A DNA stretch of 64,000 nt from Somniosus microcephalus (lineage: Eukaryota): NCBI GenBank assembly GCA_052327205.1, contig CM126213.1, positions 166,036,001 to 166,100,000 on the forward strand, in the 5' to 3' direction. The notes beneath the pieces are model-generated. The model did no database searches. It was not told the DNA's origin and was given only the letters and a program-made list of their open reading frames with translations. The stretch's first letter is position 1; every line of letters begins with the position of its first letter. Below are positions 36,956 through 47,916 of the stretch, piece by piece. A program made the position numbers and the translations under genes.

Positions 36956-39739
36956 TCGCACTGCCCCATATATTATAGTGATATGTTTATGTAAATATAT
37001 ATATTATGCTTATATTACCATATATTTATATTACATTACTATTATTTCCAGTGGTAATGAGGCTTTTTTGCACTATTCATCATATCCTGCAACTTGGACT
37101 GTTATTGCTATACTTTTTGCTTATTTGCTTATTGTTTTTATTTATACTTTTTATTTTTTTGCTTTTATATTTATATGCTTGTATTGTGGGAGTGAGTGGG
37201 GAGTAAGCATTCCATTGTACTAGCTACATATGGCAATAAAATGATCTTGAATCTTGGTACTATGTTAGCTGTTCTCCAGTCCTCTGGCACATCCCCTGTT
37301 GCCAGAGAGGTTCTGAAAATTTGTGTTAGAGCCCCTGCAATCTCCTCCTTTGCCTCACATAGCAGCCTGGGATACATCTCGTCCGGGCCTGGGGATTTAT
37401 CCACTTTTAAGCCTGCTAAAACCGCTAGTACCCCCTCCCTCTCGATGCTAATATGTTCAAGTATATCACAGTCCCCCTGCCCGATTTCTATGTCCACATC
37501 GTTAGCAAGCACATCGACAAACAGCAGAGAAATCCTCAAATAAGAGCTGGAAAGAGTACAAGATAAGTATATTCCTTTAAGGCAAAAAGAGCATGCATCA
37601 AATAATGGAGTTTTATAGATAAATAGAGATTGATATTGACCTGAAACTTGAAAGGGAGGCATATGATAAAGTTAGGATTGTCTCATTTACTTTAGCAGAA
37701 AGGACATGGCTTCTGTGGGCAGCAGCATAGTAAAGTAAATGAAGCTACATCCATGCTTCCATGGAAGACTGAGCAAACTGCTTCCTGGTGAGGAGGAAGG
37801 AATAAAAAGGCAATCTCAGACCACTCTCGCCACTGCATCGGTGATGCCTGATATCAGTCAAACCTCCTTTTAAGCACTGACCTGTATGTAGCACAACAGG
37901 AGACAAACAGATCAGTAACATTTATGAAGGAGATTTCATCCTTCAAAAAAGTCACCAACTGCAAAGCAAATTGTACGGTATAGGTGCTACACATTTAAAA
38001 AAGAAATTGGAGTATTTTTTAAAAATCAGAATCTACTTTGGGATGGGTGAGGGCAGAGTAAAATATATATGAGGAAACACTTACTTTCAAGAATGAACAA
38101 ACATGTCTACAACATAAAAGAGATCACAACCCAACCAAAACTAAGCATTATGTTTTCAGTGCAAGACAACTCCTTAAATAAATGAACTTTAGGAAAACCA
38201 CTGAGACAACCTTTAAGAAATTCTGAAAATTAAATCTGCAGCATGCCAAGAAAATATTGCATAGATTTTATTAGCTACCTGACTTTAAAATAAAAACAAA
38301 AAGGGCTTACAGATGAAGTCTGAACACTGCAAATCTGCACGCACAAGTTTTGATTCCCTTCTCAAGAAACTGTTGTTGGCAGTATTAGAGCAGAATCACA
38401 ATTTAAAAATCATGTGCCAGTGGTTCCCCCCGACCCCCCACCCCACCCGCAGTGGCTCAGCAAATGCATGAAGCAGCATGGTGGCGAAACATCCACAGCA
38501 GCAGGCTCCTAGATTCTTTTACCGAGTAAGCCAATCTTATCCAGGCATCAGTGGCAGCACAAAGATCGGCCACAGAGCCCTCCAACTAGACATACACTGC
38601 TCACTTGGGCAACTTACTGAAGGGCTGCAATAAAATCACGTCCTAGTACAAAGCTATTGCTGTCAAGCTCGGAGGAGTCAACAGTTAAGCTTGGAAGAAG
38701 AAATACAAACTGTACACAACTTATCCTCTCCCTAATAATCCTATCTGTACATAAAACATTTATATCCTCTACTCACACTCAGCACCTGACAAAACAATCT
38801 AAAGCAGCCTATTTTTTCTAAGTAGTCACCACTTCCTTAGTAATGAACATTAAGTCATTCTGTCTTGCCCAACACTGCAGCAAGTTCAGCTCTCTGAAAA
38901 TTCTACTCCAATCTAGCGCACATAAATGTCACCAAGTAATATTTGTTGAAATTTATCAATTCATTTACGATAACTCCATTTCACACTGCCATCCTGCCCC
39001 ACCAGGAAGTTACTTTCACCTCTTTTTAAGTCCCCACACATCAGTCAAACCCCAGCAGAGGTGGAGAAAGGCATTCTAGTCCTAGGTTTCTGCTAATTTA
39101 ACTCTGTGGCCAAGTAAAAAAAGAGCAAACTTGTATTTTATATAGCGCCTTTCACGGTCTGAGAACGTCCCAAAGTGCTTCACAGCCAATAAAGTATGTA
39201 GAAGTATAATCACTACTGTAATGTAGGCGTATTAAATTATTATGGAATCATTTAGCACCGTCTCGGACACGATGCCAGGAATTCATCTTGTGGGAAATCT
39301 GCCACCTATTACCTTGCAGTGCCTATCCAAGGAAACCAACCCTGATGCCAAACTTTTAAAAAGCAATCTATCGTTAATTAGCCCATTACAAATTTGTCTC
39401 TTATTTTTGCTGAGGTGTTAAGTTGATCAACTACATAAGTTTTGTAGACACATGGTTTGATATGCTTGCAGTTTTTACTCAACCCAAAAGGATGAAAAAG
39501 AATTGGTGAAAACTGCAACTTTTAAGTTACTGAAGTGATGCATGAACAGACAAAGGAAACTGCTTTTAAGCTGTTAGAAAAGGATGCTAGTTTTTGTAAA
39601 GAATTATGAAGATTTGTTAAAATCTTCAGTGCCAGAGTGCTAAGTTGTCTCTACACTATCCATTCGTGGAAATTCTCTTCCTTTCTCTCTACCCATTCAA
39701 AACAGAGAATTTAGGACCATACTATCTGCAAAATTAACC

Positions 39740-40090
39740 TTCAAAGTCATGAAGGGCTTTGATAGAGTAGATGTAGAGAAAATATCTCTGCTTGTAGGGG
39801 AATCCAAAACTAAGGGTCATAAATACAATATAGTCACTAATAAGTCCAATAAACAATTCAGGAGCAGCATCTTTACCCAGATAGTGGTTAGAATGTGGAA
39901 ACTAAATACTGCATAGAGTAGTTTAGGCAAATAGCATAGATGTAGTTATCTAGCTGCCCCTTAAATGCATGAGGGAGAAAGCAATGGAAGGTTTGCTGGT
40001 AGGGTGAGATGAAGTAGGGTGGGAGGGAGTTTGTGTGTAGCATAAACCAGTTGGGCTGAATGGACTATTTCTGTGCTGTACCTTCTATGT
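39740..40090 (+). mobile_element. Old CR1 3' fragment
   Basis: TTCAAAGTCATGAAGGG.TTTGATAGAGTAGA...ACTAAGGGTCAT...TGGGCTGAATGG...TTCTATG. Confidence 0.7.
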
Positions 40091-42874
40091 AAAATCAGTT
40101 TGCAGAAAAATTCATGCCAGAAACTAAGTAAACACCCTAGTACAGACTGCTTTCCCATCTCCTTCAATTTTTTTCTTTTACATTCAAAAAATATAAAAAC
40201 ATAGTCCCACAACGGTTCAGTGCATAAATGCAACATCTGGTGCAACTACTGAATAATGGATCATAAAGATCCCTTGTTTGATCCTTGAAACGTTGGAGGG
40301 AGAAAAAGTCATGACCGCTATCCAGTGATCACTGCAGGAAGTGTGCATGTGGGTCATTCAATGGAGTTCATAAGGAAAAGGGAGGTTGGGTTGGGGGGCG
40401 GGAAGCAAAGTACAAAATATAAATTGTGTTCAAAGTTAGTAATACTAATTTTTCCCCATTTGTGGCATGTCTGGCAATGCCGAGAGAGACAAGAGTTTCC
40501 GATGGTTAACAGTAACCATACACATAAAAGATAGTTTCCAATTGCGAAATGCCCATATCATTCGTGCATACAACAAAACAAAGAACATAATAATCAGGGC
40601 TCAACAGAACTACTGCAGCACAAACCAGAAACAACAGTACAGAAATAATGTGTTTTCTACACTGCTATGGATCACAAGCAACATGATTCAAGTTTCCTTT
40701 CCAAGCTGAAACAAGTGCTGCACCCAAGGTTTCACATTTTTGACACCTGACTAGCAGACATGTATCAAATGCTGTACTGCTGTGACAGCAGTTTCTTTTT
40801 CTATGGAGGATCTCGTGCGCACACACATTGTTGCTTCTTAAGTGTCAGAATAAATTAGTGTCAAAACTTGAGGAAATGTCTAGGTACACAAACTATTTAG
40901 AAAATGTCAAATTCAACTAACCTAATCCAACATTAATGACAAAACTTACGAAAATGATGACATGCCCAGGCAATAAAGAAACCAACATTATTATAAAACA
41001 GTTTTAACAGATCCATCCAAACAGAGGAGCAGTGTTCCTTTTAACACAAGAAAAACTGCACACTCATTGCTGCATCTGAAAGGAAAATCAATGGACCACA
41101 GCTTCACAGATCAGATTCTAGTTCAGCCAAGTTTCCTCCAAGCTCCCTTCACTCTCCCCCTTTTTGAGGGGAAAATTGCTAATGGTGACTTAGCATTTCA
41201 CATTTACAATACAAGCTTCAACATTAAGACACAGAGAAAGCATTAGTACCCAAGGCTGTTACTACATTTTCAGTCCAAATGCACAACCTTCTCACTAAAA
41301 TGACTGGGGATTCATGCTCATGTACTGCAGTGTGATCGCTTCCGTAGGAGCTACGCACTGAGAAAATGTCAAAACAAGTAGGATTTTTTTTTAAAGCATT
41401 GGAAGATAAAGTTCTATTATGAGTTGAACAAAGTGTTTGCTTGGATGAAGGCTCCAAAGATTATACCACCCGTGAACTACTTGCCAGATAACCCACTGTA
41501 CATCTTCACACAACAAAGCTGTGAATTCAGGTGCACAGGTCAATAGCTTTGTGACTTCCTACACACCAGTAGAATCTAAAGTTTCCTAGGTATACATCAC
41601 AGCCCAGCATCAAGTTCTAAAGAATACATGTACACACAAAATTACAAAGCACATGATAATTTATTACATGGCACCAAATTATAAAAATAGACTACGGAGA
41701 ACTGGAGGTAGGAGAGCAGGCAGCTAGAGCATCGTCTTGATCTTGACAAAAACATTAGTTTGCTGACAGTACTGCACAGTATAACCCAATTATGCCATGT
41801 AATTTGACAAGTGCAACCAACTTACAGCTCAGCACTCACAAAAAGAAACATATCTTTATCTACTTGAGCAACAGTCAAGACATCCTGAAGGAAATTGTTT
41901 CTGGAAACTCAAAGCACATTTAATCAAATCTTGAGATTTCTCACCATCTATTCTCTTAATAAAACGTACAAGTTGCAATTTTCAAATCTAATCCCAGCTA
42001 CTGGAAAATCTGGACTATAAATCACAACTGCATAAAATTTATCCACCCCATTTTTGGGGATGCACAGAGGCATAAAAGTACAACATTGGCATGAAATGTT
42101 ATGGGGCCCAATTCAAAATTAAATGGTCAACATAATCCTCGACAATTAAGTTATATGGATCAGTTATTGAAGTGCCTAACAGATACAGCTCTTACATTAA
42201 ACAAATCAAGACTTATCTGTTTCACAATTTGTAAAATAAATTGGAAGTAGATGTGTAAATAAGAAGTTGCTATTTTCAAATTCTATAGCCTGTTGCCAGG
42301 GGCCAGCAAAGCTTTAAAACAGTTTACAATTGAAGTTAACAGGGGAAGCAAGATTGAAACTGGACTGGATGGAAAGAAAGAATGGAAATTGCAGTCAAGG
42401 GATCGGAAAGCATGGATAAAAAAAAAACCAGAAGTAAGCCTGAGGTAGAAGAATCATCAGTTTCATAGGGGCCTGTATGAATAAAGCTTCAGAGGGCTGG
42501 AGCTCATATTTCATCCCAATTTGAAATTCATTAATCCATTTGACATTTGTTTGAAATCTACACCAAAAAATTTGCTACTGCACTGTGAAAAGTTCTACAG
42601 GATCCACTCACAGCCTGGGTGTTAAGTACAGCATCCATGAATTTTTCATAATGTTCCCAGAGTTATATTTCCACTTTTTAGTGTCACGCCAAGACACATA
42701 ATTCATTAGCAAGAATCTGCATCAAGGATTTCCCAATCTCCAGCCTAATAATGCTCTGCAATTTACCCATTTTGTTTTAAAAGGAACAGCTGGAGGTGAG
42801 CCATTCATTTTTTGCTTATCCGAGTTCAGTACAGGGAACTAGACCAGTTCCATTTTTCACATCCGTGTCAGCAG

Positions 42875-43207
42875 CATGTACTGCCAGGTCAGAGATACCA
42901 GATCCAGATGCAGACTGAAGCTCTATCTCAACAGGTCTTAAACCTCACTGCACCACTGCATATTTCTCTACTTCCTATGCAGTAACCTTCATAGCTTCTG
43001 TGCAAAATTGCTGATTTGCACCAAATTCCAGGCTGTGTAGCACTATGGACCCACAGCAACTGATATCTGAGGCAAATCAGACAAAAAACACTCTGTATAG
43101 GACACCTAGAGTTGGTAGAGAGACAATTTTCATTCCAGTCAGGACTGGATCTGAACTCTCAAGTCCCAGAGGTGAATACTCAGTAAGCAAACCCAGTACA
43201 ACACTAA
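42875..43207 (-). mobile_element. Highly degenerate SINE, LF-SINE-like
   Basis: Minus-strand TTCACCTCTGGGA...GTTCAGATCCAG head and ACCTGTT...ATAGAG.CTTCAGTCT 3' part; resemblance to LF-SINE is from memory only. Confidence 0.35.
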
Positions 43208-43486
43208 GGGGTAAAAATTGGGTAGTGCCCCCTACCTTCGCCGGGGCGCTAAATTTAGCACCCCACGGCCAATTTTCCCAGGTAGCACCCCGAGGGAGGA
43301 GGCAAACGAGCCCGACACTGCAGCTGGCACCCTGCAGGGGTGGGGGTTGGGGGGGACTTCATGGGGGCTGGGGACAGGTGCTGGCAGGTGGCCAGCAACA
43401 AAAATGGCCCCCAGCCACTTTCCCTTTAACTAATGCTGCCGTGCCTAGGTGCTAACGGGAGGCGCAAATCAACCGAATTTAGCCCC
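43208..43486. mobile_element. Harbinger-type MITE
   Basis: Ends GGGGTAAAAATTGG / CCGAATTTAGCCCC; subterminal GCTAACGG.AGGCGCAAA shared with the right end of 8557-12326. Confidence 0.7.
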
Positions 43487-43501
43487 CAAGTCTCTCGAGA
43501 T

Positions 43502-44751
43502 ACAACAACAATTTATATAGCGCTTTTAACGTAGTAAATAGTCCCAAGGTGCTTCACAGGAGTACGAAGACAAGAAAATCGACAGCGAGCCAAAAAAAAA
43601 TTAGGGCAGATGAAGATGTAGGTTTTAAGGATGTCCTAAAGGAGGAAAGAGGTAGAGAGGTGAAGAGGTTTAGGGAGGCAGTTCCAGAGCTTAAGGCCTA
43701 AGCAACAGAAGGCCACCGATGGTTGAACGATTATAATCAGGGATGCTCAAGAGGGCAGAATTTGAGGAGCACAGATATCTTGGAGGGGGTTGTGGGGCTG
43801 AAGGAGATTACAGAGATAGGGAAGGGCCAGGCCGTGGAGGGATTTGAAAACAAGGATGAGAATTTTGAAATCAAGGTGTTGCTTAACCGGGAGCCACTGT
43901 AGGTCAGCGAGCACAGGGGTCATGGGTGAACGGGACTTGGTGCGAGTTAGGACACGGGCAGCCTCAAGTTTACGTAGGGTAGAATATGAGAGGCCAGCCA
44001 GGAGTGCGTTGGAATAGTCAAGTCAACATGGATGAGGGTTTCAGCAGCAGATGAGTTGAGGCAGGGGCAGAAACGGGTGATGTTACGGAGGTGGAAATAG
44101 GCGGTCTTAGTTATGCCATGGATGTGGTTGGAAGCTCATTTCAGGGTCATAAATGACACCAAGGTTGTGAACAGTCTGGTTCAGCCTCAGATAGATGCTA
44201 GGGAGAGAGATGGAGTCAGTGGCTAGGGAACGGAGCTTGTGGCGGGGCCCGAAGACAATAGCTTTGGTCTTCCCAATATTTAATTGGAGAAAATTTCTAC
44301 TCATCCACTGCTGGATGTCGGACAAGCAGTGCATCAATTTAGAGACCGTGGAGGGGTTGGGAGAAGTGGTGCTGAGGTAGAGCTGGGTGTTGTCAGCATA
44401 CATTTGGAAACTGACGCCGTGTTTTCAGATGTGGTCACCAAGGGGCAACATATAGATGAGAAATAGGAGGGGCCAAGGATAGATCCTTGGGGGACACCAG
44501 AGATAATGAGGTGGGAGTGGGAAGAGAAACCATTGCAGGTCATTTTCTGTCTACGATTAGATAGATAAGAATGGAACCAGGTGAGTGCAGTCCCACCCAG
44601 CTGGACGATGGTGGAGAGGCGTTAGAGGAGGATGGAGTGGTCAACCGTGTCAAAGGCTGCAGTCAGGTCGAGAAGGAGGAGGGGGGAAGAGTTCACCTTT
44701 GTCAGTCACAAAAGATGTCATTTGTGACTTTGACGAGAGCCGTTTCAGTAC
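43502..44751 (-). mobile_element. L2 LINE 3' fragment
   Basis: SGVPQGSILGP, MYADNTQLYLS, WMSRNFLQLNIGKTK; 3' tail AGCGCTATATAAA...(TTG)n. Confidence 0.9.
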
Positions 44752-45067
44752 TGTGCACTGTTGACAACATAGAAGATGGCTCCGCCATTGGAATGTTGCC
44801 TGACGAGGCAGGTCAGCTGAGTACTGGCAAAACTCATCAATTGGGGCCAACAGAATTCAAACACCAGCCAAGGAGATTTTCAAACTCAGATCTTCTAAAT
44901 AGGGAGTCAAATGCAGTGGGAAATGTTACTATTTTTTCTTGGAATTTGCCACAGGTACAGCAAATCAGTTTTCAAACTTGTCCTTATTGCCAGGAGTTAG
45001 TGTCAGCCTTGTGCATTCACTTTGTAGGAAAACAAGGAACAGACATAAACTACATGTAAAAAGCACA

Positions 45068-45734
45068 GGGGTGGAATTTCTGCTTTGGGCCCAATCGGCA
45101 ATCTGGGTGCAAATTGCACTATTTTCTGAAGTGAAGTTATGGTTCAAGTTTCCGCCCAACTCATTTGCATAATCACAAAAGTAAAATCTTCCATGAACCA
45201 GTGCAATAGAATGTAACTGTTTAATTTTTTTCCTTGCATTAAAAAGCTCATTCATGTATTTAAAAGTGGTAACCTGGTGCAGTTTTATTAATACAGCTGA
45301 AAATCTGTTGATCACAAAAAATAAGCATTTTAATATGAATGTCCAGTCCACCACCTGTGAGTAACCTGATTTTAAACGATTGAAAATTACTTAAAAAAAA
45401 TATACTGAACCATTTAATAGCTTCACTGGTGTTTTTAGTAAATGGAATATTTAATATTTAAAAACTTTTCAAACATGCCTACTAGTGCCTTTGCACCTGA
45501 AAGAAATCAATTTGAAGAGCCTCATCGAATGGTTGCACACAGCAGAATCTCGCCATGCTCATTATTTCGATCTGGGGTCATGGCCACTTTTGGGGGTGGA
45601 ACCAACTTCTAGCGCGATATTTTTTAAACCAGCGTTAAAGATCGCGGAAACTCGATTTACACTTGACGTAACTTACGCTTAAAATTCCCCATCTTTTACA
45701 CTGGTTTGGCCAATTTCAGGCGAAACTCTCGGCC
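45068..45734. mobile_element. Probable Harbinger-type MITE
   Basis: Imperfect termini GGGGTGGAATTTC / GAAACTCTCGGCC around an AT-rich core. Confidence 0.4.
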
Positions 45735-46642
45735 ATGGTCTCCAACTCCTTACACAGAACAAATATGCCACGCTTCATACAATTATAGATAAGATAACTG
45801 CGAAACAGATTAATCAATTTTCCCAGCAGGCACTGAAAGGAAATTGCTTGAAAACAAATTTAATGTTGGCCTGGGTAACTGCTGATGTCAAGCCCTGAAT
45901 TACAGCTACTGGAGCTTGAAGCCATTTTGAGGAGGGGTCAATTTTACTCATTAGTTTTATTGTGTGTATTTATATACAACAGAAAATCAAGGCAATTAAA
46001 ACCCAGCACCATGGCTCAGTAAATGGTTGCCGTGCACCAGCAACTGCCCACTTAGTAACTCCTGATCTCAGCAAGGCGGTCAAGGGGAGGCATGGTACTT
46101 TTTTAAAAAATGTGTTCACTGATGTGGGCGTTGCTGCCAAGGCTCCTTTACATAAAGGGGAAAAAAATAGCTGGTCTGCAAGCCACTGGAGCATGTGATT
46201 ACTGAATGAGAGAGGGGTGAGACGGAGAACACTAATCAGTTGTCCATCCTCCAGTCTAAGAATAAAGGCTTTCTATTTTGAATAGGGGAAGGAAAAAAAC
46301 AAACTAAAAAGATAAAAATTCTACAATTAAAGACATCGATGATCCTAAATTGGCATCAGTAATAACAAAATTCAGCAAAATAATGTATATTCACAAAAAG
46401 GTAAAGCACAGCACTTTTGTAATTCAACTTTCAATAAACTTGAAACACTAGTTAAAATTTGTGGTTATTATTTATGAGACCCGATGGTTATTACCACTTG
46501 CCCAAGGCAGTGTGAATTAACTTTCCAATAACTACCGGTGCTCATTTGCCTAAATAGGCAAGTTGATATGAAATCGAATCAGACATCCTGTAGAATATCA
46601 TCTGGTCATACTGGGTGCAGCATATATTTCCCATATAAAATA

Positions 46643-46695
46643 CTAGCTGGAGTGCCCGGCGGTGCCGAGGCTTTTTCGAGGGCATGTTGTTGTTG
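46643..46695 (-). mobile_element. Probable Helitron 3' terminus
   Basis: Minus strand reads hairpin CTCGGC-ACC-GCCGGG, an 8-nt spacer, then CTAG followed by T. Confidence 0.55.
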
Positions 46696-47416
46696 GAAGA
46701 GAGCGAGCGACTGGGGGGGGGGGGGGGGAAGAGAGCGAGCGACTGGGGGGGGAAGAGAGCGAGCGACTGGGGGGGGGAAGAGAGCGAGCGACTGGGGGGG
46801 GAAGAGAGCGAGCGACTGGGGGGGGAAGAGAGCGAGCGACTGGGGGGGGGAAGAGAGCGAGCGACTGGGGGGGGAAGAGAGCGAGCGACTGGGGGGGGAA
46901 GAGAGCGAGCGACTGGGGGGGGAAGAGAGCGAGCGACTGGGGGGGGAAGAGAGCGAGCGACTGGGGGGGGAAGAGAGCGAGCGACTGGGGGGGGAAGAGA
47001 GCGAGCGACTGGGGGGGAAGAGAGCGAGCGACTGGGGGGGGAAGAGAGCGAGCGACTGGGGGGGAAGAGAGCGAGCGACTGGGGGGGAAGAGAGCGAGCG
47101 ACTGGGGGGGAAGAGAGCGAGCGACTGGGGGGGGAAGAGAGCGAGCGACTGGGGGGGAAGAGAGCGAGCGACTGGGGGGGAAGAGAGCGAGCGACTGGGG
47201 GGGAAGAGAGCGAGCGACTGGGGGGGAAGAGAGCGAGCGACTGGGGGGGAAGAGAGCGAGCGACTGGGGGGGAAGAGAGCGAGCGACTGGGGGGGAAGAG
47301 AGCGAGCGACTGGGGGGAAGAGAGCGAGCGACTGGGGGGGAAGAGAGCGAGCGACTGGGGGGGAAGAGAGCGAGCGACTGGGGGGGAAGAGAGCGAGCGA
47401 CTGGGGGGGAAGAGAG
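46696..47416 (+). repeat. G-rich minisatellite, ~23-24 bp unit (G)7-8-AAGAGAGCGAGCGACT, running into the gap
   Basis: About 30 visible units that differ only in G-run length. Confidence 0.97.
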
Positions 47417-47916
47417 NNNNNNNNNNNNNNNNNNNNNNNNNNNNNNNNNNNNNNNNNNNNNNNNNNNNNNNNNNNNNNNNNNNNNNNNNNNNNNNNNNNN
47501 NNNNNNNNNNNNNNNNNNNNNNNNNNNNNNNNNNNNNNNNNNNNNNNNNNNNNNNNNNNNNNNNNNNNNNNNNNNNNNNNNNNNNNNNNNNNNNNNNNNN
47601 NNNNNNNNNNNNNNNNNNNNNNNNNNNNNNNNNNNNNNNNNNNNNNNNNNNNNNNNNNNNNNNNNNNNNNNNNNNNNNNNNNNNNNNNNNNNNNNNNNNN
47701 NNNNNNNNNNNNNNNNNNNNNNNNNNNNNNNNNNNNNNNNNNNNNNNNNNNNNNNNNNNNNNNNNNNNNNNNNNNNNNNNNNNNNNNNNNNNNNNNNNNN
47801 NNNNNNNNNNNNNNNNNNNNNNNNNNNNNNNNNNNNNNNNNNNNNNNNNNNNNNNNNNNNNNNNNNNNNNNNNNNNNNNNNNNNNNNNNNNNNNNNNNNN
47901 NNNNNNNNNNNNNNNN
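47417..47916. other. Assembly gap (500 N)
   Basis: Run of N. Confidence 1.

Larger units (their letters stand above)
32964..37253 (+). mobile_element. Rex1/Babar LINE, 5'-truncated (segments 32964-33013 and 35772-37253)
   Basis: VVPVCFKETTIVP joins [19 protein letters not shown] across the CR1 insertion; tail AATAAA...ATCTTGAATCTTG. Confidence 0.9.
31560..37500 (-). mobile_element. CR1 LINE (outer element; segments 31560-32963 and 37254-37500) split by a Rex1 insertion
   Basis: ORFs with ISKFADDTKIGG and LVRPQLEYCVQFW; the upstream part KVDKSPGPDEMYPRLL...EDWRTANIVP resumes at 37254. Confidence 0.9.

Noticed and set aside
46696-47416. Regular repeats resembling a CRISPR array
   Set aside because: No unique spacers (only G-runs), no cas genes, vertebrate context.
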